A stretch of DNA of 64,000 nucleotides from Mnemiopsis leidyi. Taxonomy: Eukaryota. A model generated the notes under the pieces. That model saw only the letters and a list, made by a program, of their open reading frames with translations, had not been told where the DNA came from and ran no database searches. The stretch covers positions 19,009,034-19,073,033 of the forward strand of contig CM108484.1 in NCBI GenBank assembly GCA_048537945.1, in the 5' to 3' direction. Of the stretch, positions 11,136 to 24,067 are shown piece after piece. Both the position numbers and the translations under genes were made by a program. Numbering within the stretch: the first letter of the stretch is position 1; each line of letters opens with the position of its first letter.

Positions 11136-12907
11136 GTGGGGTTTTCTTTTACACCGTCACATGAGTCACTGTTATGTTTACACAGAGTCGGCACCAAGAG
11201 GTGGGGTTTTCTACACGAGTTTTTGTTTCTTTTACACCGTCACATGAGTCACTGTTTTGTTGACACAGAGTCGGCACCAAGAGGTGGGGTTTTCTACTCG
11301 AGTTTTTGTTTCTTTTACACCGTCACATGAGTCACTGTTATGTTTACACAGAGTCGGCACCAAGAGGTGGGGTTTTCTACACGAGTTTTTGTTACTTTTA
11401 CACCGTCACATGAGTCACTGTTATGTTTACACAGAGTCGGCACCAAGAGGTGGGGTTTTGTACAGGAGTTTTTGTTTCTTTTACACCGTCACATGAGTCA
11501 CTGTTATGTTTACACAGAGTCGGCACCAAGAGGTGGGGTTTTCTACACGAGTTTTTGTTTCTTTTACACCGTCACATGAGTCACTGTTTTGTACACAGAG
11601 TCGGCACCAAGAGGTGGGGTTTTCTACACGAGTTTTTGTTTCTTTTACACCGTCACATGAGTCACTGTTATGTTTACACAGAGTCGGCACCAAGAGGTGG
11701 GGTTTTCTACACGAGTTTTTGTTACTTTTACACCGTCACATGAGTCACTGTTATGTTTACACAGAGTCGGCACCAAGAGGTGGGGTTTTCTACAGGAGTT
11801 TTTGTTTCTTTTACACCGTCACATGAGTCACTGTTATGTTTACACAGAGTCGGCACCAAGAGGTGGGGTTTTGTACAGGAGTTTTTGTCTCTTTTACACC
11901 GTCACATGAGTCACTGTTATGTTTACACAGAGTCAGCACCAAGAGGTGGGGTTTTGTACAGGAGTTTTTGTCTCTTTTACACCGTCACATGAGTCACTGT
12001 TATGTTTACACAGAGTCGGCACCAAGAGGTGGGGTTTTGTACAGGAGTTTTTGTTTCTTTTACACCGTCACATGAGTCACTGTTATGTTTACACAGAGTC
12101 GGCAACAAGAGGTGGGGTTTTGTACAGGAGTTTTTGTTTCTTTTACACCGTCACATGAGTCACAGTTATGTTTACACAGAGTCGGCACCAAGAGGTGGGG
12201 TTTTCTACACGAGTTTTTGTTTCTTTTACACCGTCACATGAGTCACTGTTATGTTTACACAGAGTCGGCACCAAGAGGTGGGGTTTACTTTTACACCGTC
12301 ACATGAGTCACTGTTATGTTTACACAGAGTCGGCACCAAGAGGTGGGGTTTTCTACAGGAGTTTTTGTTACTTTTACACCGTCACATGAGTCACTGTTTT
12401 GTTTACACAGAGTCGGCACCAAGAGGTGGGGTTTTCTACACGAGTTTTTGTTTCTTTTACACCGTCACATGAGTCACTGTTATGTTTACACAGAGTCGGC
12501 ACCAAGAGGTGGGGTTTTCTACACGAGTTTTTGTTTCTTTTACACCGTCACATGAGTCACTGTTATGTTTACACAGAGTCGGCACCAAGAGGTGGGGTTT
12601 TCTACACGAGTTTTTGTTTCTTTTACACCGTCACATGAGTCACTGTTATGTTTACACAGAGTCGGCACCAAGAGGTGGGGTTTTCTACACGAGTTTTTGT
12701 TTCTTTTACACTGTCACATGAGTCACTGTTATGTTTACACAGAGTCAGCACCAAGAGGTGGGGTTTTCTACACGAGTTTTTGTTTCTTTCACACCGTCAC
12801 ATGAGTCACTGTTATGTTTACACAGAGTCGGCACCAAGTGGTGGGGTTTTCTACACGAGTTTTTGTTTCTTTTACACCGTCACATGAGTCACTGTTATGT
12901 TTACACA
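11117..12907 (+). repeat. 83-bp tandem array, about 21 units; each unit contains the last 20 nt of receptor exon 9 plus its 5' splice site
   Basis: Unit CACAGAGTCGGCACCAAGAG|GTGGGGTTTTCTACACGAGTTTTTGTTTCTTTTACACCGTCACATGAGTCACTGTTATGTTTA. The first unit is the genuine exon/intron junction at 11135/11136. Confidence 0.95.
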
Positions 12908-14756
12908 TGAGTTTTTGTCATGTTTTTCGTTATACACGATACGAGTTCTTGTCATTTTTAACGTCTGCTTAACTCTAAATCGCAATCCACCATCTCTCAT
13001 TAAACTTAAACATTTAAACTGGAGCCTACTGAGGAATCCCTCTAAACTCAACACGGCTTGTCTAGATCTCGCCGTATCTTCAACTAAAGTTAAAGTAAAA
13101 CAACAAGAAGCCTCGCTAGAAACTCCACTCTGTCGTGTAGTATTATAGACGGCTGTTTTCTCGCTTTAAAACCACTAGACTTTCTCTCTACGTGAGGTGT
13201 CCTGTCTAGACGTCGGGCTGCTGCACTTATCTGTCTCCGTCCTAAGTCAGCTGGTCTCCTTTTGTAGTGTGACGTCATCTCGTGTGGTGTGACGTCATCT
13301 CGTGTGGTGTCATGGCAACTTGTATAGTGTGAACAACACCACGAACATGCTTTACGCCGGGATCTCACGATTTTCGAATTAACTCGGATCTGGGTTACTT
13401 TTTTTACAATTCTTTATTTAAACAGGAAGATATAATTCCTGTAATAATTCGCTATAAGTCAGGACTGGCCGGGACATAGTTATCGTAAAAACGCACGTCA
13501 GACCGCCTTGGTATTATGTATTAAGTCCAGTAATAATATTCAAATATTCACGGCAGAGTGTGACCGGTGAGAACACAAATTAAATGAAAGAAGGCCGCTA
13601 AGTCCGGAGGGAGATATGTAGACCGATAAAGCGGGGGTGTTCCCCCCACAACCTCTCACTCAGCTATCATCCTGACCAGCTTCCTTGTCACAGCTAACCT
13701 CCTCCCTTCTACAGTCAGTCTAGCTGCTAGTTCTCTGGGTGTAATTTAGTGGGGTCTGGTCAGTGGGGTCTGGGGTTAATGTGACACCACTGTAGACGTA
13801 ACACCACTTCCTGTGTTGTGAAATGACGTAACACATGTACAGGGGGACGCTAATTGGTAACGTAGGTTCCAATTTTCAGCTACAACCCAACCAGACGTAG
13901 AAAAAGTGGTATCGTGTTTCACGGTTCTCATTGGCCACATTTCTCACTCACCCTCTTTTCTCCTCCCCCCATTGGTGGTATTGGTCGTGCTCTCTCTCCC
14001 CATTGGTCAGATTATCTCGTGTTTCACTCCTTATTGGTTACCCACCCATCTAGACCTCCTTGACAGAATTTCCTTTAAATTAACTTTAAACAGGTCAGTC
14101 TACACAGTGCTTCAGGTGAGAATTCGGTGTCTCTAGCGTTTCAACACAGTGTCTATTATAAGAATAGGATGAGATCGATGTAGCCGTGGTGGAATTAGTT
14201 GTTTTGTCTTCGCGCGACTAAACAACGCGTGAATGGAGGAACTAAAGTTAACAGCTGTGTGCTGTGTAGTAACCAACAGAAATCCGACCTACTCAAACAC
14301 CCAGGAATATTGTATTTACTTATTTACTACTGAACTTTAAACCTTGAGCGTGAGTCTCACTTTCAGCTTTGGAGTGTTGCCAATGTGAACTTATTTTAAA
14401 AGTGCCTTACTCAACTAGCGAAATATCCGGGTTAATTTGGCCTGGTCTTAGTTGTATAAAAGTAGAAACACTGAGTAGAAAACGGTTACAAGACTTGTTT
14501 ACCTTCTGTACATTGGTCATTCCTGTTGGAACCAAACACCTAGGCTCACTTCACACTTCACCTCTAGCTGACGAAGATTAGTACACATGTTTCTTGAAAG
14601 CTTCTGTAACAACAAACTCATATCTATTTATGTCTATTAACCCCCCTCGAAAGACAAACACCTGTGTATAAGACTGTTTATGGATCAGAAATAAACAAAT
14701 TACGAAAACAATGTAATATCAATTTGTCACATCTTCTAATCTATTTCGATTTCCAC

Positions 14757-14851
14757 CTCTTTTACTCAATAGTGATTGGCTGATGAATCTTTTACTCAAT
14801 TCTGATTGGGTGATGAATATTTTACTCAATTCTGATTGGCTTATTACTCCC
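14757..14851 (+). repeat. 30-bp unit x3 (TTTTACTCAATTCTGATTGGCTGATGAATCT) abutting the receptor exon 10 acceptor
   Basis: Three tandem copies end at ...CTGATTGGCTTATTACTCCCAG|GTACATGG. Each carries a CCAAT-box reverse complement (ATTGG). Confidence 0.85.
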
Positions 14852-14853
14852 AG

Positions 14854-14978
14854 GTACATGGCTCCAGAAGTGCTAGACGACACATTAAACCCCCGCTCCT
14901 TTGACAGCTACTGTAAAGCTGACATCTACTCATTTGGACTTGTTCTATGGGAGATCGCTTCCAGAACTGTCAACGCAA
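14854..14978 (+). CDS. type I receptor exon 10 (P+1 loop YMAPEVLDD, kinase C-lobe)
   Basis: Acceptor ttactcccag| at 14852-14853. Translates (R)[41 protein letters not shown]. Donor GCAA|GTACGT at 14979 (phase 1). Confidence 0.9.
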
Positions 14979-16515
14979 GTACGTTCTTCTTCACTCCTAA
15001 TCAGTAATCTACTGCTTCTACATTTTTAGAGATGTATAATTCTTCTTTATAAACTAGAGCTATATTTCGTACTTTGTACTTGTAGAGCATCGTGCTTTGA
15101 TGTAATTTAATTGACGATGGAATTCAATTGAAGCTGAAATTCTTTCTTTTTCTGTACACGCAGCTTTATGCACATGTCACGTGTCAGTGTGTGTGTGTGC
15201 CAGGCAGATGACACAACAGATAGCGATACACTAGTATGTGTTAACAGTTACTCTCACAGCCTTGGTCCTTCCTTAACAGACTTATGGTATTTCATCATTG
15301 CTATAACGCCCATTACCTGGCCAAGGAGTTGCTGCCCCTGAATTTTATATTGTCCGATGATTTAATAAAAAGCCCAGACCTGCCATAGTTTAGACCGTAT
15401 TTTCTGGTCCGCTGTCCCCCCTGTTCATATTGGATGATCCTTAGCATCTCGTTCTTTGTGCTCATTGGTCAAGCCGTGCCACGAGGAGAAAATCTTACGT
15501 TTTCATTGGTCGGTTTTGAGAATATTCCTCCTTCAGACTAGAGAGGAAACCTGTTCCTAAAGTTCTAAGGATTTGTAGCATTGAGTATTGAAAGATAAGG
15601 AAAGAGCTGAGGTTACCCATATAGAAAACAGTGAGGTTTATTTGCCGGAATTAGAAGTCTTGGCTTCCCAATGCTCGGGGCCTGTAAATGGTGTTAATAA
15701 GCTAAGTCGCTTACTCCAGACGAACACGTGACCTTTACAAGCCAATCACCGAGCTCCTATACACTGAACCAACCAATCACCGAGCGTTAATTCTACCTCT
15801 GATACCTCCGCTGGAGTTCAGCAAAAATACCAACCTGAAATGCACACTATTTAAATGTATCCTTATAGAAGTCGTCTTGCATCACGACTGGGTTTCTGGC
15901 ATCACGTGACTTGATCCTGGCATTGTGATTGGTCGGTTGCTTTTAGCGTTTCTCTACTCGATTATACGCGTTTATACCCGTTTTGGTCACCTGTTCGAGC
16001 AAACGAATTTATCGGGACACTAAAATTTAATATGGGTTTTAATAAAATACATGGGTTTTAATAAGATGTATGTGCCTAGTTATAATAAAGAGAGATGGTG
16101 CACAATATGTTAATATAGAGGTAACTGTTTTAAGGTACGTAGTGCTCTGCAGAGACCATCAAATAGTTTTCATGCAATCACATAGTATACAACGTTTCAT
16201 TAACATATCATGTAATCCTAGCAATCCTACAAGAAGTATGTGGGTCTTGTCACGATACATTAGAGTTCATCAGTACAGATGTCACTGTAACACTTCTATT
16301 TCTGTAACGATACTGATTTCGGAACATTTTCAATATACCAATCCTTGATGATAATTATTCTTCAGAAATTGAGAACACTTATCCGCCGATTTTAAAGAGT
16401 AACTTACTCCGGTCGTTACCATGGATCACAGATTTAGTTATATAAAAGCAACAGCACCTTCACTTTGATCGGTAGAAAGTGAAAAATGAGAAGTTTTCTT
16501 CGTCTTAATGGCTAC

Positions 16516-16833
16516 ATCTATCAATGCATCCATGAACACTCGCAGTAAGAGTAACTAGAGTACTAATCCCGACACTTACACTATTAATGCATCCATGAAC
16601 ACTCGCAGTAAGAGTAACTAGAGTACTAATCCCGACACTTACACTATTAATGCATCCATGAACACTCGCAGTAAGAGTAACTAGAGTACTAATCCCGACA
16701 CTTACACTATTAATGCATCCATGAACACTCGCAGTAAGAGTAACTAGAGTACTAATCCCGACACTTACACTATTAATGCATCCATGAACACTCGCAGTAA
16801 GAGTAACTAGAGTACTAATCCCGACACTTACAG
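16516..16833 (+). repeat. 59-bp tandem array, 5.3 units, terminating exactly at the AG of the receptor exon 11 acceptor
   Basis: Unit CTATTAATGCATCCATGAACACTCGCAGTAAGAGTAACTAGAGTACTAATCCCGACACTTACA. Internal unit boundaries read ...CTTACA|C, and the final one reads ...CTTACAG|GTGCTCC. Confidence 0.9.
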
Positions 16834-16970
16834 GTGCTCCAATAGTAGACGAGTACAGACAGCCGTACCACGAGTACGTAGCTCCAGATCCCTCCGTCGA
16901 GGAGATGAGGAAAGTTGTCGTTGTAGACAGATGTCGTCCTGCTATCTCCAGACATTGGAACAACGATGAG
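16834..16970 (+). CDS. type I receptor exon 11 (kinase C-lobe)
   Basis: Acceptor cacttacag| at 16832-16833. Translates (S)[45 protein letters not shown], matching the vertebrate [45 protein letters not shown]. Donor GAG|GTTTGT at 16971 (phase 0). Confidence 0.9.
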
Positions 16971-17875
16971 GTTTGTACTGAGAAAGTGTTGTCGTTGTTG
17001 TTGCCGTTGTTGTGATTAGTGTGATTTGGGATAAACGGGATTTGTTTTGCAATTTCTTTGACTCTTTGAGATATTCTCTCGTTTAAGATTGGTCTGCTTA
17101 TTTATTTGTAGATAAAATGACGTGCCATTCACGACATGCCATTCATGTTTAATTAGTGACATGGTTTACAGATAGCTTTAGTAATCAGACCTATTAGAGA
17201 GTACTTCAGCAATTCAGACACATAATTGGACATGACTAACTTATCTTGATAAGTTGGGATCTTTTCATCTTTCGCTCACGTGGCACAATTTTTCATTTGT
17301 CCTTAGTCTGCCACTTGTGGCAATCAGAAAATATAAGTCTTAACTTTTCTTGTATGACATACAGATAAACAGACAGATAAACAGACAGATAAACAGACAC
17401 GCAAACATTTTCTTTTTGTCAAAATCTTCAACCATGCACAATGAGCAAATGCATTGTTTGAGTGTTGTCTATTTGAAATGCTATTGTGTCTAAAAACCTA
17501 GACTGACTTAAGTCATACTCTGTCAGCTGTAATCCTATCATCCGCTATGGCACGTTTTTGAATGACAAAAAGGGAGTGAGCCCAACCAATCCACCAGTCT
17601 GTAACTTGAGCTCCGTTTTTTCGCGTCCCTGCTGCCATGTGACAGTGTCACATTGGTGTGACACACAACACGACACCATGTGGCATCCTAATTTGTGGCA
17701 CTAATTTGCCTCAACCTTGCACACAACACGACCCCCACTACTGCTTTTCTATCCAAGGTGCATGACAACAGTTGAGCCCGGTTTTATTGCTTACTACTAA
17801 CTTATAAACATTACTAGACTTCCTACGGCTTATGTAGTGGGATTTCTAAACACTTTTAAAGTGCTTCACAAGTCC

Positions 17876-18094
<219 letters not shown>

Positions 18095-19006
18095 GCTATA
18101 CACACTCGTAAACCTGTACATATGTATCAAATATGGGTACGGATATCAGAGACAAAGTGAGTAGACCGACAAAGCCACATCAATGATGTGTGTGCATGTT
18201 GTCTGAGACGGCGGTAAATGGCAGGCATTAGGGAGGGTGGCAGTGAAGTCATTGTCTGGCCGGGTCCAGCCCACAGCCATCAGCGACCCTATAATTGCAC
18301 TCAGGGCCTTGACCGGGGATTAGTCACGGTCGAAGCGTAACAATATGCGCCATGGTTTGTGCGTAAAACCAGTCGCTCGATTCGTCCTCAGTTTAGACAT
18401 TAAGAAGCTCCTCTAATTTACTCAGATGGTGTCTTGTGCGACTGTCTATTTGAGAGACAAAAGAGTGTTATGTTTGGAACGCGCCGAAACACAGCTGCAT
18501 TGATGATGAGGAATTTTGCGCAGAAATTGCCGCGCGTTGCGCGCAATATTGTGCAGCAGACACGAGCCAGACTTGCAAATTTCAAGTTTCCTTGATGCGT
18601 CAGACAACCTATTACTCATTATTTCTACCCTTCTTCTTCACACAGTGTTCCTCACAATTTCCTACTAATGGCGACAATTCTCTTCTGATTAGTCCAAGAA
18701 ACTAGTTAAATCTGACATATAGGACGATTGTGATCCTTGTTTCATTTTAACTAACCCTAAAGACGAGAAAGTGTACAATAAAGGTCCTGTGCTCCGTGGA
18801 CATTTCACGGAAATTGTTTAACGACGTTAAGGGCTTGGACGTCTGCCAGGCAGTGTCACATGTCAGTCATGTGACCTTTATGTACATTCCCCAATTAAAC
18901 TTGTACTACGTGTAAAATGTACACTTATTTACCTTAGTGCTATACAGGGTGGTCAGTTTTTCTCTCATTAAACAGTTCTCTAAATTCTTATCGTAATATA
19001 TTTCAG

Positions 19007-19138
19007 TATTTGAGGCTGATGGAGAAGTTGGTTCAAGAATGTTGGTACCATGACCCAGGAGCCAGACTCACTGCGCTACGCGTCAAGAAATCTTTAGTGG
19101 CATTCAGAGACTCCCTTAATAACGAAGTCAAAGTATAG
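19007..19138 (+). CDS. type I receptor terminal coding exon, with TAG stop at 19136-19138
   Basis: Acceptor atatttcag| at 19005-19006. Translates [43 protein letters not shown], matching the vertebrate [33 protein letters not shown]. An AATAAA lies about 90 bp downstream, around 19224. Confidence 0.9.
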   Translation, partial: YLRLMEKLVQECWYHDPGARLTALRVKKSLVAFRDSLNNEVKV

Positions 19139-19218
19139 TCGACCTCATTCTACCCTTTAGTAGCAGGGTTTAACAAAGAACACAATCTCTAAGATAAGCC
19201 AACGAAATACTGTAATCA

Positions 19219-19230
19219 GAAATCTGAGAG
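19219..19230 (+). terminator. candidate polyadenylation signal (AATAAA) for the receptor gene
   Basis: AATAAA sits about 85-90 bp downstream of the TAG stop. No EST or poly(A) evidence is available. Confidence 0.3.
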
Positions 19231-20652
19231 AAAATAAAAAGGCACACCCTGATCCCTCATGTTGTCAACTATGTACTGAGTAAATCCTTGATTGGAATCA
19301 CGAATAGGACCAAGACTCAAGCTAACGAACTATCCGATTTTGTCGCGAGGTCTCATCTAAATACTAGTTTATAAATTTAATTCATTCAATCTGATTAAAT
19401 AATCGATTTACCAAGCATTCTGCCAGATTTTTATTCATCCTTTGGTGAAATTTGGTAAAATTTTACATTTTGGATAAGATAAAGCATTTAACAGCAAGAG
19501 GCTTGGTATATCGAAAATAAACGTTATATTTAAGTTTAACAGCAAAGTAGTAAAAGCTATAACCATACCTTCATAGTTACCCTTCTAGTTTATGCAACTT
19601 TAGAACCTCTTGACTTAAGTTATGTAAAATGTGCATGATTGAATTGTGCTGTTTTGACATTTAAGCGTAAACTACCACATGTATAATATTTATTACAACC
19701 CGCTTCTAGCTGATGAGTGATTACTGTAGGTCAATGTGTTTTTATACGCTTTTTAACTTATTGAACTGTTTTAAAAGAAACACGTGTATTTGTGTGCTCG
19801 TCTTAACAGTGCAATAATTTCAGTGTTGCTTCCGTTTTAACATGTGCGATAATGTCCGATTTTTGTATTCACGTGAACTTTTTGATACATCATGACAGTT
19901 TCCATAATGGTCGGCGTGTTCGATAAAATGTAAAGTCGTAAAACGTAGACTTCTATCCTGTTCCCTGCTGTATTTTCAAGTCTGTTTCCATTGATGTCAC
20001 TGAATAACCGATATTGGTTTGTGAGAGATTATGTTTTGAGTTTTGAGTTACCTGAACCGTTTAAGGTAAAATCGTTGTTTATACGAAAAATTTTAATCAT
20101 TATCTTTAAAAATACAAAACCTAAATCTGCAGCCATTTTATTTTTCATTTACTTGATATATTGATTGCATACATCATAAAATTAAAGTAAAGAAGTATTT
20201 GCTTTTGTATTCTGTCAGTAATCAAGTCGTTTTATTTCGATTACAACTCAAAATCATTTATCTTTTCATAACAACGAACAAATAGTTACCACTACTGCTA
20301 CTACTACTGATGGTACTATGAAAGTCAGAGCTAAGTCTGGTCTATTGCAGATATCGACGTCCAATCCTCCATAAGTCCCTGTCTGGATGCTTATGCAGTG
20401 TCCCGCCAGTTTTAATCTTCTGCTACTTAGCTCATGACATTGTCTGATAGTTTCACATGTAGAACGTCATTGTCCCTCCATAAGAAGTTCAGCAGGTAGC
20501 ATCTTAGTGTTTCAGGACGAGTAACAGAAGGAGGATAGAAGTTCCGCATCATTGTAACAGAAGGGGGATCACTGCTATTCCGTACGAATTGTCTGTCCCA
20601 GGCTCTATTGATAACTTTGTCGACCTATTTATAACGAGAGTTTGAATCCAAG

Positions 20653-20890
20653 CTATAAGAAAGTTGTCCTATTCCGTACAAGAGTTCTGACTCTGGGGGC
20701 TGGTGTTGGCTGGGCAGGTTTGTCAGGCGAGGGGGGTCTAATTGATCTGATAGCAGAGTAATGTACTGGGTTCGGGATAAGGACGCTCCCAGATTTCTTG
20801 CTCTTGTAGTACATCAGATCTTCGAATTTGTCCTTTACTGGCTCCTCACTTTTTTCATTTCCCTCGCTCTCAGACTTGTCTGCCTCGTCT
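20653..20890 (-). CDS. terminal coding exon of an unidentified minus-strand gene (acidic then Pro-rich tail: DEADKSESEGNEKSEEPVKDKFEDLMYYKSKKSGSVLIPNPVHYSAIRSIRPPSPDKPAQPTPAPRV...)
   Basis: An 87-aa minus ORF preceded by a good acceptor, cttcctttcag| at plus 20891-20901. It lies between the receptor 3' end and the MVP 3' end. I could not recognise a family, and upstream exons are not confidently placed. Candidates are minus-strand segments at 22260-22320 and 22500-22650 with donor and acceptor consensus. Confidence 0.35.
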
Positions 20891-23618
20891 GAAAGGAAGT
20901 GAGATGAAGTTATCATCAGGGCATGAGCATTTTATAGGTAAGACAGTCCCAAGAGCTGCATGGCAATAGACATTCAAAACTGGAAAACTTTAGATTTACA
21001 TTTCTTTGGCGTTTTTAATATTTCATCATCAAAATACTATGCCAAATATTTCAAAAATCTTCTCTTCATATGATCTTCTAATTCTGTTGCAAGATGGCAA
21101 AGTACAAACTCACCGAAACTCTTGTTTTGGGATCCAGGTTTTCTGGGAGAAGTACTTCTACTTTTTTCCCTGGAAAGAACTTGCTGCCTACTGTTTGTAG
21201 GCCCCCCTACTTTTTGAGCTTGTATTTTACTTAGGCCGCCCTCAATCTTAGTTTTTGTTCGCATCAAGAAAGGGAAAAACTTGGGGTCCCAACGTTTGTT
21301 GTTGGAATTTGCCAGAAAATTGATGGTTGAATTGTTGCCTGACCTTGGCTCCTCCATACTTGTTTTCGACCTGAGGAAGTCAAATGTAGGCCCGAGTTTT
21401 ATCCCATGAATCCAGCTACAAGTACAGCTAATCAAGTTAGTCGTTATCCGTTATGCCGGGTTACCCCTGTTTAGTGTTTAAAGCAAAATTGAGCCGGTAA
21501 AATTTGTCTCGTCAATCTGAGACACTCTGATTAACTAAGCTTTAGAGTGGATTAACTAAAATATAAGCTTTACTTTTAGCAGACCAATTTAAGTTAAGTT
21601 AGATTTCAATTTAATTATGAAAGTGGGCATAATGGCTAAACGAGAAACTTTCACCTGCTGAATATACAAGAAGAGGGAATATGGACTCTTTTTGAGGTTC
21701 CAAGGAAAGTTCTAGAAGGAGCAGTAACACTGCCTCGCTGTCCTCCCGTCTCTTCCTCTACTATTGCTACTAGTCCCGCATCCATCCTAAAATTGAAGTC
21801 TTTGATTTTTGAGACGACTTAAAGGAAATACGGTTGCAAAGTTCAAAGTTTTTGAATAGAATGTAACCTTAATTACTAAGTCTTAAATCTTAACTGATAA
21901 CTTTTAGTTATTGTGTGAGCCCAATAATATTTTTACCTTGTCTTATAGCTGAAGAAAGTTTTAGACCGTTCCATCATGATCCCATAATTCGTTATACTCC
22001 AAGCTCGCAAACTTTCCAAACTTTCTGTATCATTTTCTTTTTCAATCTGTGAAGAGACGGAGTGTCAACACGACAAAGTTTTTTGTTATCGTCCTCAATC
22101 GACCAGATTGACATTGATCTGGTAGATTGATGACAATAACTAAAACATAAGAAGGCTTATAGATCTAGAAGTATAAGAGATCAACCTTGGTTATTTCCTT
22201 GTCAGAAAGCAAAGTAGTACTTTCAGCAGCTTTTCGTTCAAGAGTTTCTCTGGTGCACCTCAGTTTCTTCATCTGGGGGAAGAAACAGCATTTCATATGT
22301 ATCAAGATGATATATCAAAATTCTTTTTCACCCATTGATCATGATAATTTGATCGCTTCAAACTCAACAGGCCTCTGTAGGAATATTTGAAAAAAACACC
22401 CTGTTTTGGGCTGCTTTTCTGCTCGACTCTACCATAACAGACCACCGCGTCTAGAGTCTTTTACTTCGCAGAATTAAACTGTTATTGGAGGCTAGGTTAG
22501 ATGAACAAACCTCCGAGTTGATCTCCTTGAGGCGAAAGACCCTGCTTTGTTCTACACAACTGTTGTACCGACTTTGCTCAAGCTGGAGGGATCTCCGTCT
22601 CTGGAGAAACTTTCTGTCGCTTGGCATCATCTTGAGGGCGCTTCTTTTCAATCACACCGATCTATAGAGCTGTCAAACTGGGAGACGACTTGATATTATT
22701 AAAGTCAGATAATTGTCTTGACAAGCTTGTTCTCAAACTCCAAGGAGAGGAGCTGACCGGAGATAGAGGGCTGTTGGTCTTGACGTCAAGTTTTACCACG
22801 GTGCAAGAACTTTCCTGTGATCTGACGAAACTGCTGAACTGCATCTACACAAATCATTAGTTTTTAGAGCGGAACTAAAGCACACAATCTGCACTTTAAT
22901 CAATTGCAAAGCTTACAAGCCATGCTCAGCTCTCTATCTCTCGGACCTGCGGGTGTGAGCATGTTGTGCTAATTGAACACCTTGCACTCGCTATATTTCA
23001 CATTTTCACTTCATTTCGAGGTCAGGTTAGGCATCTTTCCAGGTAAAATCAAGCAATTTTCTATTTTCCTGCTTCCGCGTCCAATGTGGATTTGTTTTGA
23101 CGATATGACATAATTTCAAGAAGAAAAACAGGTGGTTAAACGGAACATTTGTTCAAAACCGTCAGCATCTACAATATGCAAATTGTAATATTAATGATAG
23201 AAGTTAATACACTACAAGCTAATATATCATAACGTATATCTATAAATCATCAAAATTTAACCTTACAAAAGAAAGTTGGGTGCAAGTGATTGACTCATAA
23301 AAGTTTAAATGTAAATCAAAAAATAATCTAATGTTATTTATATAATCTAATGATTATGTAAAACGATCAACTACAAGATCTGGAAATCGCAGACAGAAAA
23401 CACAGAACTTTTTTAAAACAATCTTCACAACATAATCATAATTCTTACACAACAACTAAAAATACTATACCTCACAATAAAGGTTTACACTTGATTATAG
23501 AAATCTCAAATCATTGAGCAGCCAGTATTCTTTTATTAAACGAGCGCGATAAAAGTGTTCTAGTTGACCCTGTCAACTGATAGTTCCCTCTCAGCCCCTG
23601 TTACTCGGATAACAAGTT

Positions 23619-23738
23619 CTACTGGCCAGGTGAGGGGAGGGCTCCAACAAATCCTTTAGCAGTGCTGAACAGGTTGAGCGGAGTTGAACCGTCTGTGATC
23701 AGAGTGGACTGTAGTCCTAGAGCTTGTAGCATTGCCAG
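23619..23738 (-). CDS. MVP: MVP terminal coding exon: [39 protein letters not shown]
   Basis: Acceptor cactttcag| whose AG is at plus 23739-23740. The stop TAG is plus cta at 23619-23621. Matches the vertebrate [33 protein letters not shown] minus-strand AATAAA lies about 80 bp downstream, around 23533. The predicted total is about 848 aa. Confidence 0.7.
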   Translation of the reverse strand: MAMLQALGLQSTLITDGSTPLNLFSTAKGFVGALPSPGQ

Positions 23739-23878
23739 CTGAAAGTGGGGGGTTGTTGGAGAGTGGAACAATGAACAGTCAAGTTGGAGAAGTTAAAACT
23801 TACGATTCATTCTGAGTTTATCTGCAATCATCCTCTCTTTAAACACAACAAATCATTCAGTATCTTGTGATAACTAAC

Positions 23879-24067
23879 CTGGTTGTCATGACCAGAAGTG
23901 GCGATCTTGGCGATATTTTCGGGACCAAGAGTCGAGACCATGTCCTTGAACTTGCTCGTCTCAATTTCTGACATTTTTAGGGCCTTCTCAACCTCTAGAC
24001 TGTTAGTAGCACTGATGTAGTCCAATTCTCCTTTACGAGCATCGTTAATTCTTTTGAGTTCGTTTTC
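23879..24067 (-). CDS. MVP: MVP exon 13: ENELKRINDARKGELDYISATNSLEVEKALKMSEIETSKFKDMVSTLGPENIAKIATSGHDNQ
   Basis: Acceptor tttctag| and donor CAG|GTTAGT. Matches the vertebrate [61 protein letters not shown]. Confidence 0.85.

Noticed and set aside
11136-12887. Chain of 73-106-aa + ORFs reading ...[10 protein letters not shown]...
   Set aside because: They are read-through of the 83-bp junction-derived array. Only the first 20 nt of each unit is exon-like. The ORFs result from the repeat, not from a gene.
16505-16963. 152-aa minus-strand ORF
   Set aside because: It is generated by the 59-bp array and is antisense to receptor exon 11.
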